Shown one piece after another: positions 1 to 12,177 of a stretch of DNA of 64,000 nucleotides (the first letter of the stretch is position 1; each line of letters opens with the position of its first letter). Where the stretch lies: positions 141,794,001 through 141,858,000 of the forward strand of contig OX597814.1 in NCBI GenBank assembly GCA_951406725.2. The letters run 5' to 3'. A program made the position numbers and the translations under genes. The notes beneath the pieces were generated by a model that was given only the letters and a program-made list of their open reading frames with translations, was not told where the DNA came from and ran no database searches. Origin of the DNA: Octopus vulgaris (taxonomy: Eukaryota).

Positions 1-419
1 AATTGCACTCATGTATGTAGACAATGTGTTTTGAAAAATATTGGATTTAGCTAATATATTGGTTGATGAATGGCAGAACTCAAAGTAATTTTATATATTT
101 TAGTTTAAAATCCCTCTGATAGCCATAAAATACTATTTGTGTTTCCAGAGTTGTTTTAATTAAATATATTCTACAAAATTCATGGCATTGTACCAAAATC
201 AGTATTTTTTTCTTTGTCCATTTTTATAGAATCTTGTTCTTGAACTTATTTCAGTTGGTAATGAGCTGGCAGAATCAACATGCCGGATCAAATATTTATC
301 AGCTTTTCTTCTGGCTTTGAGTTCAAATTCTGCCAAAGTCAAGTTCACCTTTTGTCTTTTGGAGTTGATAAAAGTAGTAGTTGAGCAAATTTAGTGTTGT
401 CTATAGTAGAAAGAATTTA

Positions 420-855
420 TCGTGTTTCAGTCATTGGACTGTGGGCCATGGTGGGGCACCACTTTGAAAGGTTTTAGTTAAAAATTGAACCCAGTACTTT
501 GTTTTTAAAGCCTGATATTTATTCTATTGATCTTTTTCCACACTGTTACAGGTACATAAACAGATCACCACCAGTCATGTAGTGGTAGGACGGATGGACA
601 TACACACATACATACGTGTATGCCTGCATACATACATACACACCTGTGGGTGTATGCACATGTAAGCGTGAACATGCATGTACAGGCACACTATATGATG
701 GGCTTGTTTAAATTTCCATTTGCCAAATCCTTTCACAAGGTTTCGGTTGTCCTAGGGCTACAGTAGACACCAGCCCAAGGAGTTTTGTAGTGAGTCTGAA
801 CCTGGAACAACATGACTGGAAAGTAAACTTGTTACCACCCAGTCATGCCTGCTCC
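420..855 (-). mobile_element. Older family A SINE
   Basis: gtttcagtcattggactgtggg..ccatg tail and a decayed head. Further old copies at about 5205-5533(-), 18935-19225(-), 35215-35510(+), 43148-43455(+), 44625-44975(+), 53043-53228(-) and 54145-54310(-). Confidence 0.7.
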
Positions 856-1328
856 TTGTTTCAGACACCTTTTAAAATAAGCCATTTCCTGTGCTTGTCA
901 TCAGTGATTTTTTTTTTATGGAAAATGAAAGTGTAAAAAAGATGGCTGGTGACATGGATATTTTTTTTGTTTGACCCATTTTATTATCTGAATGTCTACC
1001 TCATATATCCGGTTTCTCATTAAGTTTTTGTTTTCTTGTAAACTACAAGTGTTTTTTATTTGTTTTTTTTATGTATAGCTGGATTATTTTTCTGTTAACA
1101 ATCCAATGGATGGTTAAACTGGAAGTTCTATTTTACTTCTAGCCAAGCAAAGTTATGTACTTAGATTAGAAGCTTTATTGATCCCCAAAAGGATACTAAA
1201 TCCTCTTATGGAGTTTGAACTCTGAATGTAATGACAGATGAAATGTTGAGTATTTTGCTTGGCATGCTAACAATTCTACCAGCTTGCTTACAGAATTGTT
1301 AAACTGTGATCAAAATATTATCAAATCA

Positions 1329-1529
1329 GTGTAGGAGTAGCTGTGTGGTAAGTAGCTTGCTTACCAACCACATGCTTCCGGGTTCAGTCCCACTGCATGG
1401 CACCTTGGATAAGTGTCTTCTACTATAGCCTTGGGCTGACCAAAGCCTTGAGTGGATTTGGTAGACGGAAACTGAAAGAAGCCCATCGTGTGTGTGTGTG
1501 TCTGTGTGTGTGTGTGTGTCTGTGTGTGT

Positions 1530-1561
<32 letters not shown>

Positions 1562-1737
1562 CCCAACATTGTTGGAGAACCGATGCTGGTGTGTTTACAT
1601 CCCCGTAACTTAGTGGTTCGGCAAAAGAGACTGATAAAATAAGTACTAGGCTTACAAAGAATAAGTCCTGGGGTCGATTTGCTCAATGGTGGTGCTCCAG
1701 CATGGCCACAGACAAATGACTAAAACAAGTGAGAGAG
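1329..1737 (+). mobile_element. Family A SINE with long (TG)n centre
   Basis: Same head and tail as 34545-34943. Confidence 0.85.
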
Positions 1738-1820
1738 CCCCTTTAATAAATTGAGTTTATTCACCGAGACCATCTCCCCCCCCCCACCAAGAAAAAGAAA
1801 TTTCTTTGAAGGGGCTGAGT

Positions 1821-2022
1821 CTGGCCATATCCAGCCTAAATATTCAACCAGTTTTATGATAAAACTAACCAGATCTGGCCTTTCATGCCTATTTTACAAT
1901 ATTTTTCTAAACTAAACAATCGTATCATGAAAATGTCTTACTTGCAAGGTAAAGCATGATTAATTCAAAACAATGTGAATAAACAAACATATTTGACAAA
2001 ACAATGTAAATGATGGAGTTAA
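1821..2022. mobile_element. Degenerate copy of the same piggyBac-like MITE
   Basis: ctggccatatccagcctaaatattc..ccagatctggcc..gcatgattaattcaaaacaatgtgaat..gttaa. Confidence 0.6.
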
Positions 2023-2320
2023 GATGGAGTTTTGAGCACAAATTAACATGAAACATATGGACAGATTATTAATGGTCTATGTTGAAAGTGATGAATTAAA
2101 GTTGATGAAAAATAACAAAACCTTACTTAGTGAAACATAACTCTTGGTTATCTACCGATGGACTGGATTCATCAGAGTAAATGCATGCTACTTAATGGAA
2201 TGCTGATCATAAAACAAACAAATCTGTCGTGATGAACTGAATGTTGAAGGTAGCTGTGAATATTGAGCAAGCTGTTTGCAAAAATTCAAGAAAAGGCATG
2301 GTATTTGAAAACCACTAAAA

Positions 2321-2538
2321 AATATTTATCAGCATTTCTTCTGGTTTTGTTTTGAGTTCAAATTCTGCCAATGTCAAATTTACCTTTTGTCTTTTGGGGT
2401 TGATAAAAGTAGTAGTAGTAGTAGTAGTAGAGCAAATTTGCAGTGTTGTCTATAGTAGAAAGAATTAATCTTGTTTCAGACTGTGGCCATGCTGGGGTAC
2501 CACCTTCAAAGGTTTTAGTCCAAAAAATGGAAGACCCC
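2321..2538 (+). repeat. Local duplicate of 291-492
   Basis: Shares the family D / family A junction and the unique linker gagcaaattt..agtgttgtctatagtagaaagaatt. Confidence 0.7.
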
Positions 2539-2559
2539 TACATACAAAAAAAAAAAAAA

Positions 2560-2765
2560 ATGAATTACAGAAAAGCCCATGTAAACCACCATTTTTTCCC
2601 AGTCTGTCCATTTATGCGGGAGCTCTGGACTAAATGTTATAGTGCATGACCATCCTTGGGACAAAAGTAATGTGTGTAAACTTTGAAAATTGGTTGAGAA
2701 TTGTGGAAATGTATGCATTAGTCAATATACACACATACACATACTGTGATTTATATATACTAGAT
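2560..2765 (+). mobile_element. Possible Helentron/HINE-like non-autonomous element
   Basis: Subterminal inverted pair cccatgtaaa / tttatgcggg, a CA-rich microsatellite and an atttatatatactagat end, resembling DINE-1/HINE architecture. Confidence 0.35.
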
Positions 2766-3232
2766 AATCATGTTCAATGCTTTGCTTTTTATTCCCTAAA
2801 TAAAACCTAATAACTGTATAGTAAAAAGTAAAATAAAATAGAAATGGCATACATGTACTGTAACCTTTAATCAAAACATGTCGTCATAGGTGTGGAGACT
2901 GATATTTTATGTTTCTAATGGTATTATGTATAGGAAAAATTATAATTTATACAAAACTATATCCAGTGTATAATATGGATAAGCTATTTTATGAAATACA
3001 AATGGATATTGTGTTTAGACTTGGATTGCATCCCTAAGCTATCCTATTTTATAGATGCAAATGTAGAAATTCTCAAAAATCCACATTTTTGGTCCCAAGG
3101 ATGAGATTCTTGACCTATATGATCCCAGAGTTAATGTAAATGCCTCGAAGCTTGTTTTGTGGTTTGAGTTTGTATAATGCACACACTTTACTTAATTTTC
3201 CTTTTTTCTTTCTCAACTATAGACAAATCTAA

Positions 3233-3652
3233 CACTTTGTCATTCAGATTACTTTCTCAATACTTATTTTCATTGTTTTGAATTACGAGGGATGTTGAAA
3301 AGTTCCTGGCTTTGGGTAAAAGAAAATACTGGCGGATTAGTTAATTATGATTTTATTCAACATGTTCCCCTCTCAAATTCGCACTTATTGCAGTGGTCCT
3401 TCAGTTTTTCTAAACCCTGTAAAAGAACTTGAAAGGTTTGGCCTCCAACTGGGCCTTTCGTGACATCTTTAAAGTCAAGAACTTTTCAGCTCCTCTTTGT
3501 AATCATACATTGTCATGTAGCATTAAGATTTTGATAAAGTGATTATTTTAAAAATCACTTCGTACGGTAAATGTGAGGGGGCTGGATCTAACCAGTTTCA
3601 ACATTAAATACAGTACTTGGATTTGATATGGCTGGTTTAAATACTAAAAGGG
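3233..3652. mobile_element. piggyBac-like MITE interrupted by a Tc1/mariner MITE
   Basis: Ends ctaa|cactttgtcattcaga and tactaaaaggg|ttaa. Reverse-orientation homolog of 39429-39606 and 1821-2022. Confidence 0.7.
3286..3499. mobile_element. Tc1/mariner-type MITE with TA TSD
   Basis: ta|cgagggatgttgaaaagttcctggcttt ... aaagtcaagaacttttcagctcctctttg|ta; imperfect TIRs of about 28 bp. Confidence 0.8.
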
Positions 3653-3783
3653 TTAAATATGAATTTTTAATAATTTGAGGTCCAGTGACTTAATGCCAGA
3701 CAAGTGGTTACTTGAAAAGAGTTATCCATTACTTAATTCTATCTTTAATAAGCGAGGATTCTCAGTTAAAGATATATCTATCA

Positions 3784-3784
<1 letters not shown>

Positions 3785-3814
<30 letters not shown>

Positions 3815-3914
3815 CTCACTCACTCACTCACTCACTCACTCTCTCTTCTCTCTGTTCTCTCTCTTCTCTCTCTTCTCTCTCTTCTCTCTCTTCTCTCTCT
3901 TCTCTCTCTTCTCT
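3785..3914. repeat. Compound microsatellite (TA)n-(CACT)n-(CTCTCTCTT)n
   Basis: Read directly from the sequence. Confidence 0.95.
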
Positions 3915-4654
3915 GAAATGAATGAGAAGCTGTAGGGAAAGCATTCAACTGTGAGAATATTGCTGACAAGTGGGTGAGATTTTACAATTGTTCATTTGAC
4001 ATTTTAAAATATTAAAGTCTACTTAAATTGATTATATTCTGAAAATATTTAGCTTTTAATTAAACAAATGAATACAGTATACTTTGGTTCCATTTAAATG
4101 CTTTTCTCTTCTGAAGCAGCAAGGAATACAGAGATATATTTAAGAGAATTTTTTTTCTTTAATGAAAAATGATTTAGTTGAAAATTATGAAATTCTGCTC
4201 AGTTGTAAAGATTCTCTGTTGCATTTTTCTATTGTTAACAACAGAGTTAATTTGAAAATATTTAATTTAGTCTAAAAATGTCATTTTCCTTAGAACAGAT
4301 TTTTCATTATTTGATTGCTTCTATAAAAAAAACTCAAAAACACCATGAATATTTTCTATTTTTTCAAATTTTTGTATTTAATAGCTTAAAATAAAATGCT
4401 TCCAGTTTATTGAATTATCACATTTTCTCTGACACTTTAGATCATTCTAAAGTTGCTAATTATCTACAAAAAGAAATGGAGAATTGGAAGAAGGAAGTCA
4501 CTTGCTAATATCTTTTCTAGAAATCGAGTAAAGATTTTGAGGTTTAAGCAATGTATTAAATTTTTAATATGAGAAACTTATCACCCAAAATGTGATGAGT
4601 GAAGCAAGAGGGTTGTGAAAGCAGACTTGGTGGGCTTCTTTATGAAATGGGTTG

Positions 4655-4970
4655 GGATTATATTAGTGGTTAGGATATTTGGATCGCAATCATAAGGTTG
4701 TGAGTTTGATATCTGGCACCTCATTTTGTTCTTGAGCAAGACATTTCACATTTCTCCAGTTCACTTGGTTGCCAATGACATGTACTGCTATGTACCTGTT
4801 ATTCAAAGGGCCAGCGACATTGCATACTGTGTCACACTGAATCTCCTTGAGAACTATATTAAGAGTACACACCTATGGAGTACTCAACCACTTGCATGCT
4901 AATTTTATGAGCAGCCTCTTTTGTTAATTGGATCAACTGGAATCCTTGTCTTTGTAACTGGAGTGCTAGT
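4655..4970 (+). mobile_element. Family E SINE
   Basis: Colinear with 14105-14420 (tgaatctccttgagaactat..ggatcaactggaatcc). Confidence 0.7.
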
Positions 4971-7900
4971 TTTGCACTGTTTTTAACAAGTTACATACTT
5001 TTCATAGTTTCCATCTCAAGGGCAACTATAGAAGGTTGTTTTGGTGAATTAATATGATCTAATTCTAAATAAAATGTTTAACTGTAATATGATGGCATTT
5101 ATTAGTTTTTGAGTATGACTAGACACATCGATGCAGATTGACAGTTTATAATTTCCTACATAGTTGCAAATATGAGATCAAATACTGTTATGCCTTAATT
5201 TTTTTTCTTTCCTTTACTGGTTTCATTTATTGGTCTAAAGCCATGCAGGGCACTGCCTTGAAGGTTTTAGTCAAACTGTTCCTAACACTTATTCTATTGG
5301 TCCCTTTTGCTGAAACTGTTACAGAGATATAAACAAACACTGGTTAAGTGGTGACACGCACGCACATGCACAACAGATATGCATGTGATAGGTTTCCATG
5401 CACTTTTGGTTCTCAAAGTATTGGTTGATCCAGGGCTATAGTACAAAACACCTAAGGTGCCATGCAGTAGGACTGTACCTGAAATGCTGTGGTTGCAAAG
5501 TGACCATCTTAACCACACACTCATGTCTGCACCTATTAATTTGGTTTGATTTCATAGTGTTCATAATACTGGCATGGGATATTATATTAGATATTATATT
5601 AGACTTAATAGTGATAAGTTCTGATTGTTAGAACCTGGCCTTCCTCTTCTGTTTTTTCTTTGGTGTTAAACCAATTCTTTTGATCAAATTAGCTTTGTGT
5701 TGTCAACTGCACTACATAACACCATAATGCAGATAATTGTGGTTTCTAATTCAGGTACAAAGCCGACAATTTTCTGAGGGCGGATGTTAACTGAGACCGT
5801 TAACTTCAAGTACATTTTCATTGACTCTAGAGATGAAAGGCAAAGTTAACTTTGCTAGGGTTTGAACTCGGAACGTAAAGCGCCAGAACAAATACAGCAA
5901 AGCATTTTTTCTAACGATCTAATGATTTTGCCTAATGTGTTAACTGCCTCATGTACCGCCAGTAGTTCATTGCAAACTTCATGAAACTGCCACATGCATC
6001 ACTGGTGGTACATTTTCATAATTTGGGAAGATATTTTATTGTGTAGCTTTGACAGTTTGAGGATATTTTAAATAACATGAGCGCTAAATATTTTATGATA
6101 TATTGTAAAAGTGCACAAAAAAAATTGGTTCGTGAAATATGTGGCATCACCAGTAAGTTCCAGTACAGACCCTGCTAATGTATTAAAATACTGTTATTTC
6201 TACAGTTTTCACAGTCGATCTGAGTAAGCTACTATGGTCACTTGACCTGCTAGATATAGTATCCAAAGCTCCTTCAAATCACATCCTACTTAAATGCAAG
6301 GGTATATAACACAGCTAATCCTAAAACCTACAGGATGGCGATGACTGAACTAGTGTTTCTCACATTCCCTTCCTTCTCTTGTGTTCACTTAAAGCTTGTT
6401 TGTACAGGTATTTATCCTAAAATCCACTAGGATGTTGACCCTCGTTAAATACTTACATTCCATGTATTTAATTACCTTAGTGACGCTTATGTGTCGCGTT
6501 TGTGGGCAGGATGCCTATAATTACAAAAGGACTGTCAGATTAGCCATATAAATGAAAAGAAGTGACAGTTAACTGAATCATGAATTTATACCATGATCTC
6601 ATTCCTACACCTACTCACTGGTTTCTATTTTAATTCTCTTTAGTTTAAATCCTACCAAGGGTTGCTTTTTTTCCAGGGTCAGTAAAATTAGTACCAACTG
6701 AATAACTGTAGTTGATTTAAATGACTGCTCATCATAATATTAGTGTTTATTTTTGTCATGCTTGCATTAGTCAGGTTAGAATTGAGGAAGATTTTCTATG
6801 ACCAGATGCCCTTCCTGTCATCAACTGTTACCTGATTCTAAGCAAGGAAATATTTCTCCATAGCCACACATGTTTATGCAGAATATTGGAAACAAATAAT
6901 ATCCATTTACAACAATGATGTGAGGACAAAAAAAAATAGATGCGAACAGTCTAACAAACATACATTTTGTGTGTATATATTTGGGCTTTTGGTTTCTTTC
7001 TACCAAATCTACTCATAAAGCTTTGGTTAGAAGATACCTGCTCAAAATGCCATGCATTGGGACTGAACCTAAAATCATATGGTTGGTAAAGAAACTTCTC
7101 AACTATACAGCCATACCTGCACTTATAAATTTGTGACCCTCCCCTATAAACTTGTATTCTTGTGATTAAATAAGAAATCAATATTTTATTTCAGTGTTTT
7201 CTGTTTAGATCTGAGAATGGTAATTTCAATTTACTGATAATTTTTCTTCACTTTCAGTTTTTCTTTTTTTTTTTTGGTTTTATATTTGTCATTCCTAAAG
7301 GACAGGTTGGAGAATGTAACAAGTATTTACAGTAATTACATTGCATAACACCATCACTTTCCCTTCCTCAACACTTACATTGAAATTTTGACATTAATCT
7401 CTTTAAGCATGACATTTCTAACACGACACTTGAAATCTAAAATGAGCTTGTAGAGGCTCTAGGAGAAATTTTTGTTTTCCCTAAACGATTTGGAATTTAG
7501 TTAATTGATCCCTTTTCAACTACAGCCTTTGTTGTTGATGTTTTAAGACAACTCATACACTTGAAGTGGAACTTGGTATTTTCATAAACTATTAGTTCTA
7601 GTTATACAGTTGAAATTTTGTCTAGTTTTCTTAGTTTTTCTTACATGCAGAACACTTGATGTTTGTGCCTAGTTCGTTCATAACTTCTCATTTTAAATCT
7701 TTCTATTTAGCCTCTTTGAGACAAGCATGAACATGGCACATTTTGTTTTAGTTATTCTTGTTCAATTCTTTTTGGATAGCCACACCTGTCAGTTCAGGAC
7801 ATGAGTTTCCAGTTGTTTGACAAGACAACCTGCTGTTTGAAATTAGCATGTGAAGTGACCAATAGTCCACTGACACACATATTTATGTAATACTCAGGTT

Positions 7901-10027
7901 GAATCAATTTGATGGGTATGACAATGTTAGTTATGAAACTTGGATACTGTTTATCCAGTTTGCTTATGTTTGTTTCCATCTTCCCAATTTCACTGAAAGT
8001 TTGGGTTGACTTGGTAAACAAGTTGTCAAAAGAATTTTGGGGTTTATTAACTTCATCCTTTATTCTTAATTTTATAGTCAGAGGAAGAATGGCAATACAC
8101 AGAAGCTGTTTAATGGTTAGGCAAGGAGTTATCCTCAGATTGAAACCTGACTAGAATGCTTACAACATAGTGGACTCCTACAAAAAGTATTCAAGGATTA
8201 GATGTCTGTTAAATCCACCACCAAAGATTAAAATCTCTGTATGAACAAGAATGGTTCTCTCCAGTATGATTCCAAACCATTTCCATCTAACAAACTTCAT
8301 TCTGTAGTTTAAAAATGAACGTCATAACCACTATCTTTTGATATGAAAGATATTTTTAAACATTGCTGTCTACACATTTAAATATGTACTCTGTTCTTGT
8401 TTGTGTACTTTCTTATTCTCTTGCCCTTGTAAATTTTTAGCTTTGTTGATAATTATCTAAATAAAACTAACCTTTCAAGAGTTATTTTATCTCCTGAAAT
8501 AACTTAATAGATAATCCAAGAACTGTTTAGAATGATGGTTTGGTAGGTTCTCAAACTGGATTGTATATTTTTTTTTCAGTACTTCAAAAATATTAGTTTC
8601 TTTTGATAGCAGAGTTGTTAATGCTATAATAGAGAATGTAAGCTTTCCCTTTTTTTTCTTTTCTTTGCAATGTTTCAGTGGCATTCAACTAGTATTAGCG
8701 TTAACAGCTAAGACTCCAATTGCTAACTGGACTGAGCTTGCTTTTCCTTAATATATAAACTCTAAAATTCATAGGCAGCTTTATTTTTTTTCTCTTTAAA
8801 AGTGAACTGTTAAAAAGAAAATGTGGTGGTGGGGGATAATTTATAAATATGAAGCTGGCCGACATTTGTTGGAAAATTACAATGATATTATTATAACTAT
8901 GACCTTCTATCCAGCATAAAACAATTATAAGAAAACAGTATGGTATTTTAAAGGTCTGGTAATTTTATATTAGTGCTTTACATTAACGACACTTAATACT
9001 GTAGATGTAACTATGTTGCTGTGAGTGTGATTGAGATATATATATATATATGCTGCCAAATGTGTTATTGAGTACTATTACAAGAATAGATTGGCCTATG
9101 TCTGACATTATCAGTATCCAATTTAATATAACAAGATCAGAATGCTTTATTCTTATCAAACACTTTAAATGGTTTTTGTATATTGGTTTGTTGTAGAAAC
9201 ATTTTCAAATTCTAAGATATCTTCATTTTTCCCTCCTCCTCTTCCTTATGAACATTTTTTTTTCTTCCTTGTTTTGTGCTCCATCCAAGTAATACCTTTT
9301 GTGTTTATGGCAGCAGATATTAGAAATGTCATTTGTCTAGCAAGTATTTGGCTGACTTTTGACTCTTGGAATAAAAGCAAAACAATACTACACAAATCAG
9401 CACTCTGAATATCTTATTTAGATTTCCTGCACTTCATGGTTGCCAGAAAAGCAAAAGAAAAAACTCACTATCCATTACAGTATCACTGTTTTATTAATTT
9501 TTTTTTTTTTTTTTGGGAACTTTTTCCCAATGTTGGAGAAGTTAGTGTTAAAAGTTGTTTGTGCTTGTGTTTACTTTTGCTGTTTAACCGCTTGCATCAG
9601 TTACTTCAGAACAAAGAATTTAAGTAATGCATAATGCTCTAACAATTGTGCAAGATATTTTTTTCCCCTAGTGATGAATACATTCTCCTACCCAAATTTT
9701 AAATCCTTTACTCTCTTTTATGAAGAGCTCTGTCATAGAATGTGAAGGCATGTGGCTTAGTGGTTACAATGTTGTACTCATGATTGTGAGATTGTGGTTT
9801 CAATTCTCAGACTAGGCAGTGCATTGTGTTCTTTAAAAAAACAATTTCTTTCATGTTGCTCTGCAATCACTTTGACATTTGATGTGTAGTGCACCTGTAC
9901 AAGCAATGTCAATTGGATGGAGAAAGTGAGCTAATATACATTACAAACATTTGATGTATATAAACAAAAGTATCTGTGCAGGTTGTTCAGCGACTAATTG
10001 TGTAACTCTCCTCTGTTTATGACAGTC

Positions 10028-10075
<48 letters not shown>

Positions 10076-10078
<3 letters not shown>

Positions 10079-10270
10079 TATAAGGGAAAGGTTGACAGTG
10101 ACGAAGTTTCAGTCTGCTTGTCTTCATCAGACTGTACTTTCTTAGGTTCTGTTTGGCTTTGTATTAGTCTTTCAAGTTTTCTTTTTTGGTCTTCCAAACC
10201 TGAGTGAAATAGTTTTGTGATGATCAGCAAGCCAAAACTTAAGTCACTGTCAGCTTTTTTCCTTCTAAAA
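10076..10270. mobile_element. Short inverted-repeat element (Penelope-like pLTR remnant or retrozyme-like) with hammerhead motifs in both orientations
   Basis: Left end ttttataagggaaaggttgacagtgac..gaagttt matches the reverse complement of the right end aaacttaagtcactgtcagcttttttccttctaaaa. It abuts (TA)n at 10031-10074. A decayed + strand hammerhead lies at 10209-10262. Confidence 0.6.
10086..10141 (-). ncRNA. Type I hammerhead ribozyme with intact catalytic core
   Basis: Minus strand reads GAAAG U ACAGU CUGAUGA AGAC AAGCA GACU GAAA C UUC G UC ACUGU CAAC CUUUC. Core CUGANGA/GAAA/UH is complete. Stem I is 5 bp (ACAGU/ACUGU), extended by GAAAG/CUUUC past an internal loop. Stem II pairs 3 of 4 bp and stem III has 2 bp. 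GUC cleavage is predicted between 10100 and 10099. Confidence 0.75.
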
Positions 10271-10706
10271 GTAAATATGTATTCTAGTAAAAAATACTGA
10301 GTAATCCTTTAGTTTACTTTTAAATTTTGTTTTTACTTCAAGTTATGCATAAAAACAATTCAGTACATGTGCACACATACTTAAACACAGAATGGTGTAT
10401 TGGTAGAATTATTAATGCTAGGTAAATTTCTCTATGGTATTTGTTCCTGCTCTTTATGTTCAGTGTTCAAATACCACCAAGGGTGATAAAATCCAGGTAC
10501 CTGTCAAGTACTGGTATTGTTATAATCGACTGTTAGATCTATGCCAACCTGCAGTAGGTTAGCATATTAGTGTGATCAAAGTTGAATCTTATAATTTAAA
10601 ATCATTTACCTTCGGCCACACCAATTCTCATTTTTTTTTTTAGAATTCCAAACTGGTTTACAGTAATCAATGTGAAAATTTACCAAAAGTAGAATAAATA
10701 AATATA

Positions 10707-11083
10707 GGTGCAGGAGTGGCTGTGTGGTAAGTAGCTTGCTTACCAACCACATGGTTCTGGGTTTAGTCCCACTGCGTGCAGCTTGGGCAAATGTCTTCTA
10801 TGGCCTCGGGCTGACCAAAGCCTTGAGTGGATTTGATAGATGGAAACTTGAAGAAGCTCGTGTGTGTGTATGTATATGTGTATGTTTGTGTTGTGTGTCT
10901 GTTTGTCCCCCTCCCCCTTGCTTGACAACCAATGTGTTTACGTCCCTATGACCTAGCAGTTCAGTAAAAGAGACTGATAGGATAAGTACTAGGCTTAGAA
11001 AAAATAAGTCCTGAGGTTGATTTGTTTGACTAAAGGCGGTGCTCCAGCATGGCCAGTCAAATGACTGAAACAAAAAGAAAAGA
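10707..11083 (+). mobile_element. Family A SINE
   Basis: Same head and tail as 34545-34943. Confidence 0.85.
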
Positions 11084-11294
11084 ATTCCACTTTCTGTGAA
11101 AATGTGAAAAGTAAGTCTAAGGAAATGTGTTAGATATTTATATAAGTGATGGATATATTGATAAAATATCTCGTTAATGGCAATAGTGACTATACCGATT
11201 CACTGTTACTTCACTATTTTCTACAGCATTTAATCATTATAATGATTTTTGCCAGTTAGGAATTTTGAAACAATATGACAGTCTGAGATGTCTA

Positions 11295-11326
<32 letters not shown>

Positions 11327-12177
11327 TTAATTATTTTTCCTGATAATATTGGTGTGAATGACATAGTTTGTGATTGTTTGGGATCATAAAATGGCATTTG
11401 AAATATGCTGTAGTAGCATTACAAACGAGTACTCTTTTTTGATATAAATAAATAATATTCTATAACCAATTTGTTTAAGTAAATAATTAATATTTCTAAT
11501 TTTGTTTCTAAATTAATGTTAGAAAACTTCATTTTGTTAAGGGATAGGATGTATCCAAATTGAAATATAAATATTTGATGATACAAACTAGATGTGCTGG
11601 ATCTCAAACTACCCTGTAGATCACAAAAAGCTAAACTTCTTTGTTAGCAGAGCCTGCATGTATGGTTTCAGTTGATATTAATACCAGCAAGGAAGGTGAT
11701 CATTAACAGCATGTCCAGTTAGTCCTATATATAAATGCAAAGTCTCCTGTTCAGTTACAGTAAATTGTTAGCTAACATGTATTAAATGAATGAGATTAAA
11801 TACATGTAATATGTAATATGTGAGTGGGTGAGTAGTTTCCAACATTCTCTGATTACTTCCATTTTTGTGTTTATGTAAGTATATTTATGAATAATTAACA
11901 TAATTGTTTCATTGAAAATAGCAGTAATGGAACAATGATTTGGATATTTTTTTTTTTTTTTTTTTGCCATTTTGAAATTGTATTTCCCATTTTTATGAAT
12001 TAATCTCGATAAAGTAATTTGATCATTCACTTCTATGAGTAATTGGAAATAGATGTAGCGTTTTTTTTTTTTTAATGTTAACAATCTTCATTTTCATTTT
12101 TGAAAACTAGATTACAATAATAGCTGTTTCTCTTTATATAATTCAAGGTAAATAATGAATTTGTTGTGCAATAAGAT

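Noticed and set aside
1397-1686. ORFs with VC/HT repeats (also 10724-11073, 28360-28629, 34578-34769, 47681-48566)
   Set aside because: They are translations of SINE bodies and their microsatellites.
3675-3935. ORF with IY, THSL and SLF repeats
   Set aside because: Compound microsatellite.
5951-6013. 13-bp inverted repeat, possible pre-miRNA or MITE
   Set aside because: Stem too short and 37-nt loop too large for a pre-miRNA; no matching element ends or TSD found.
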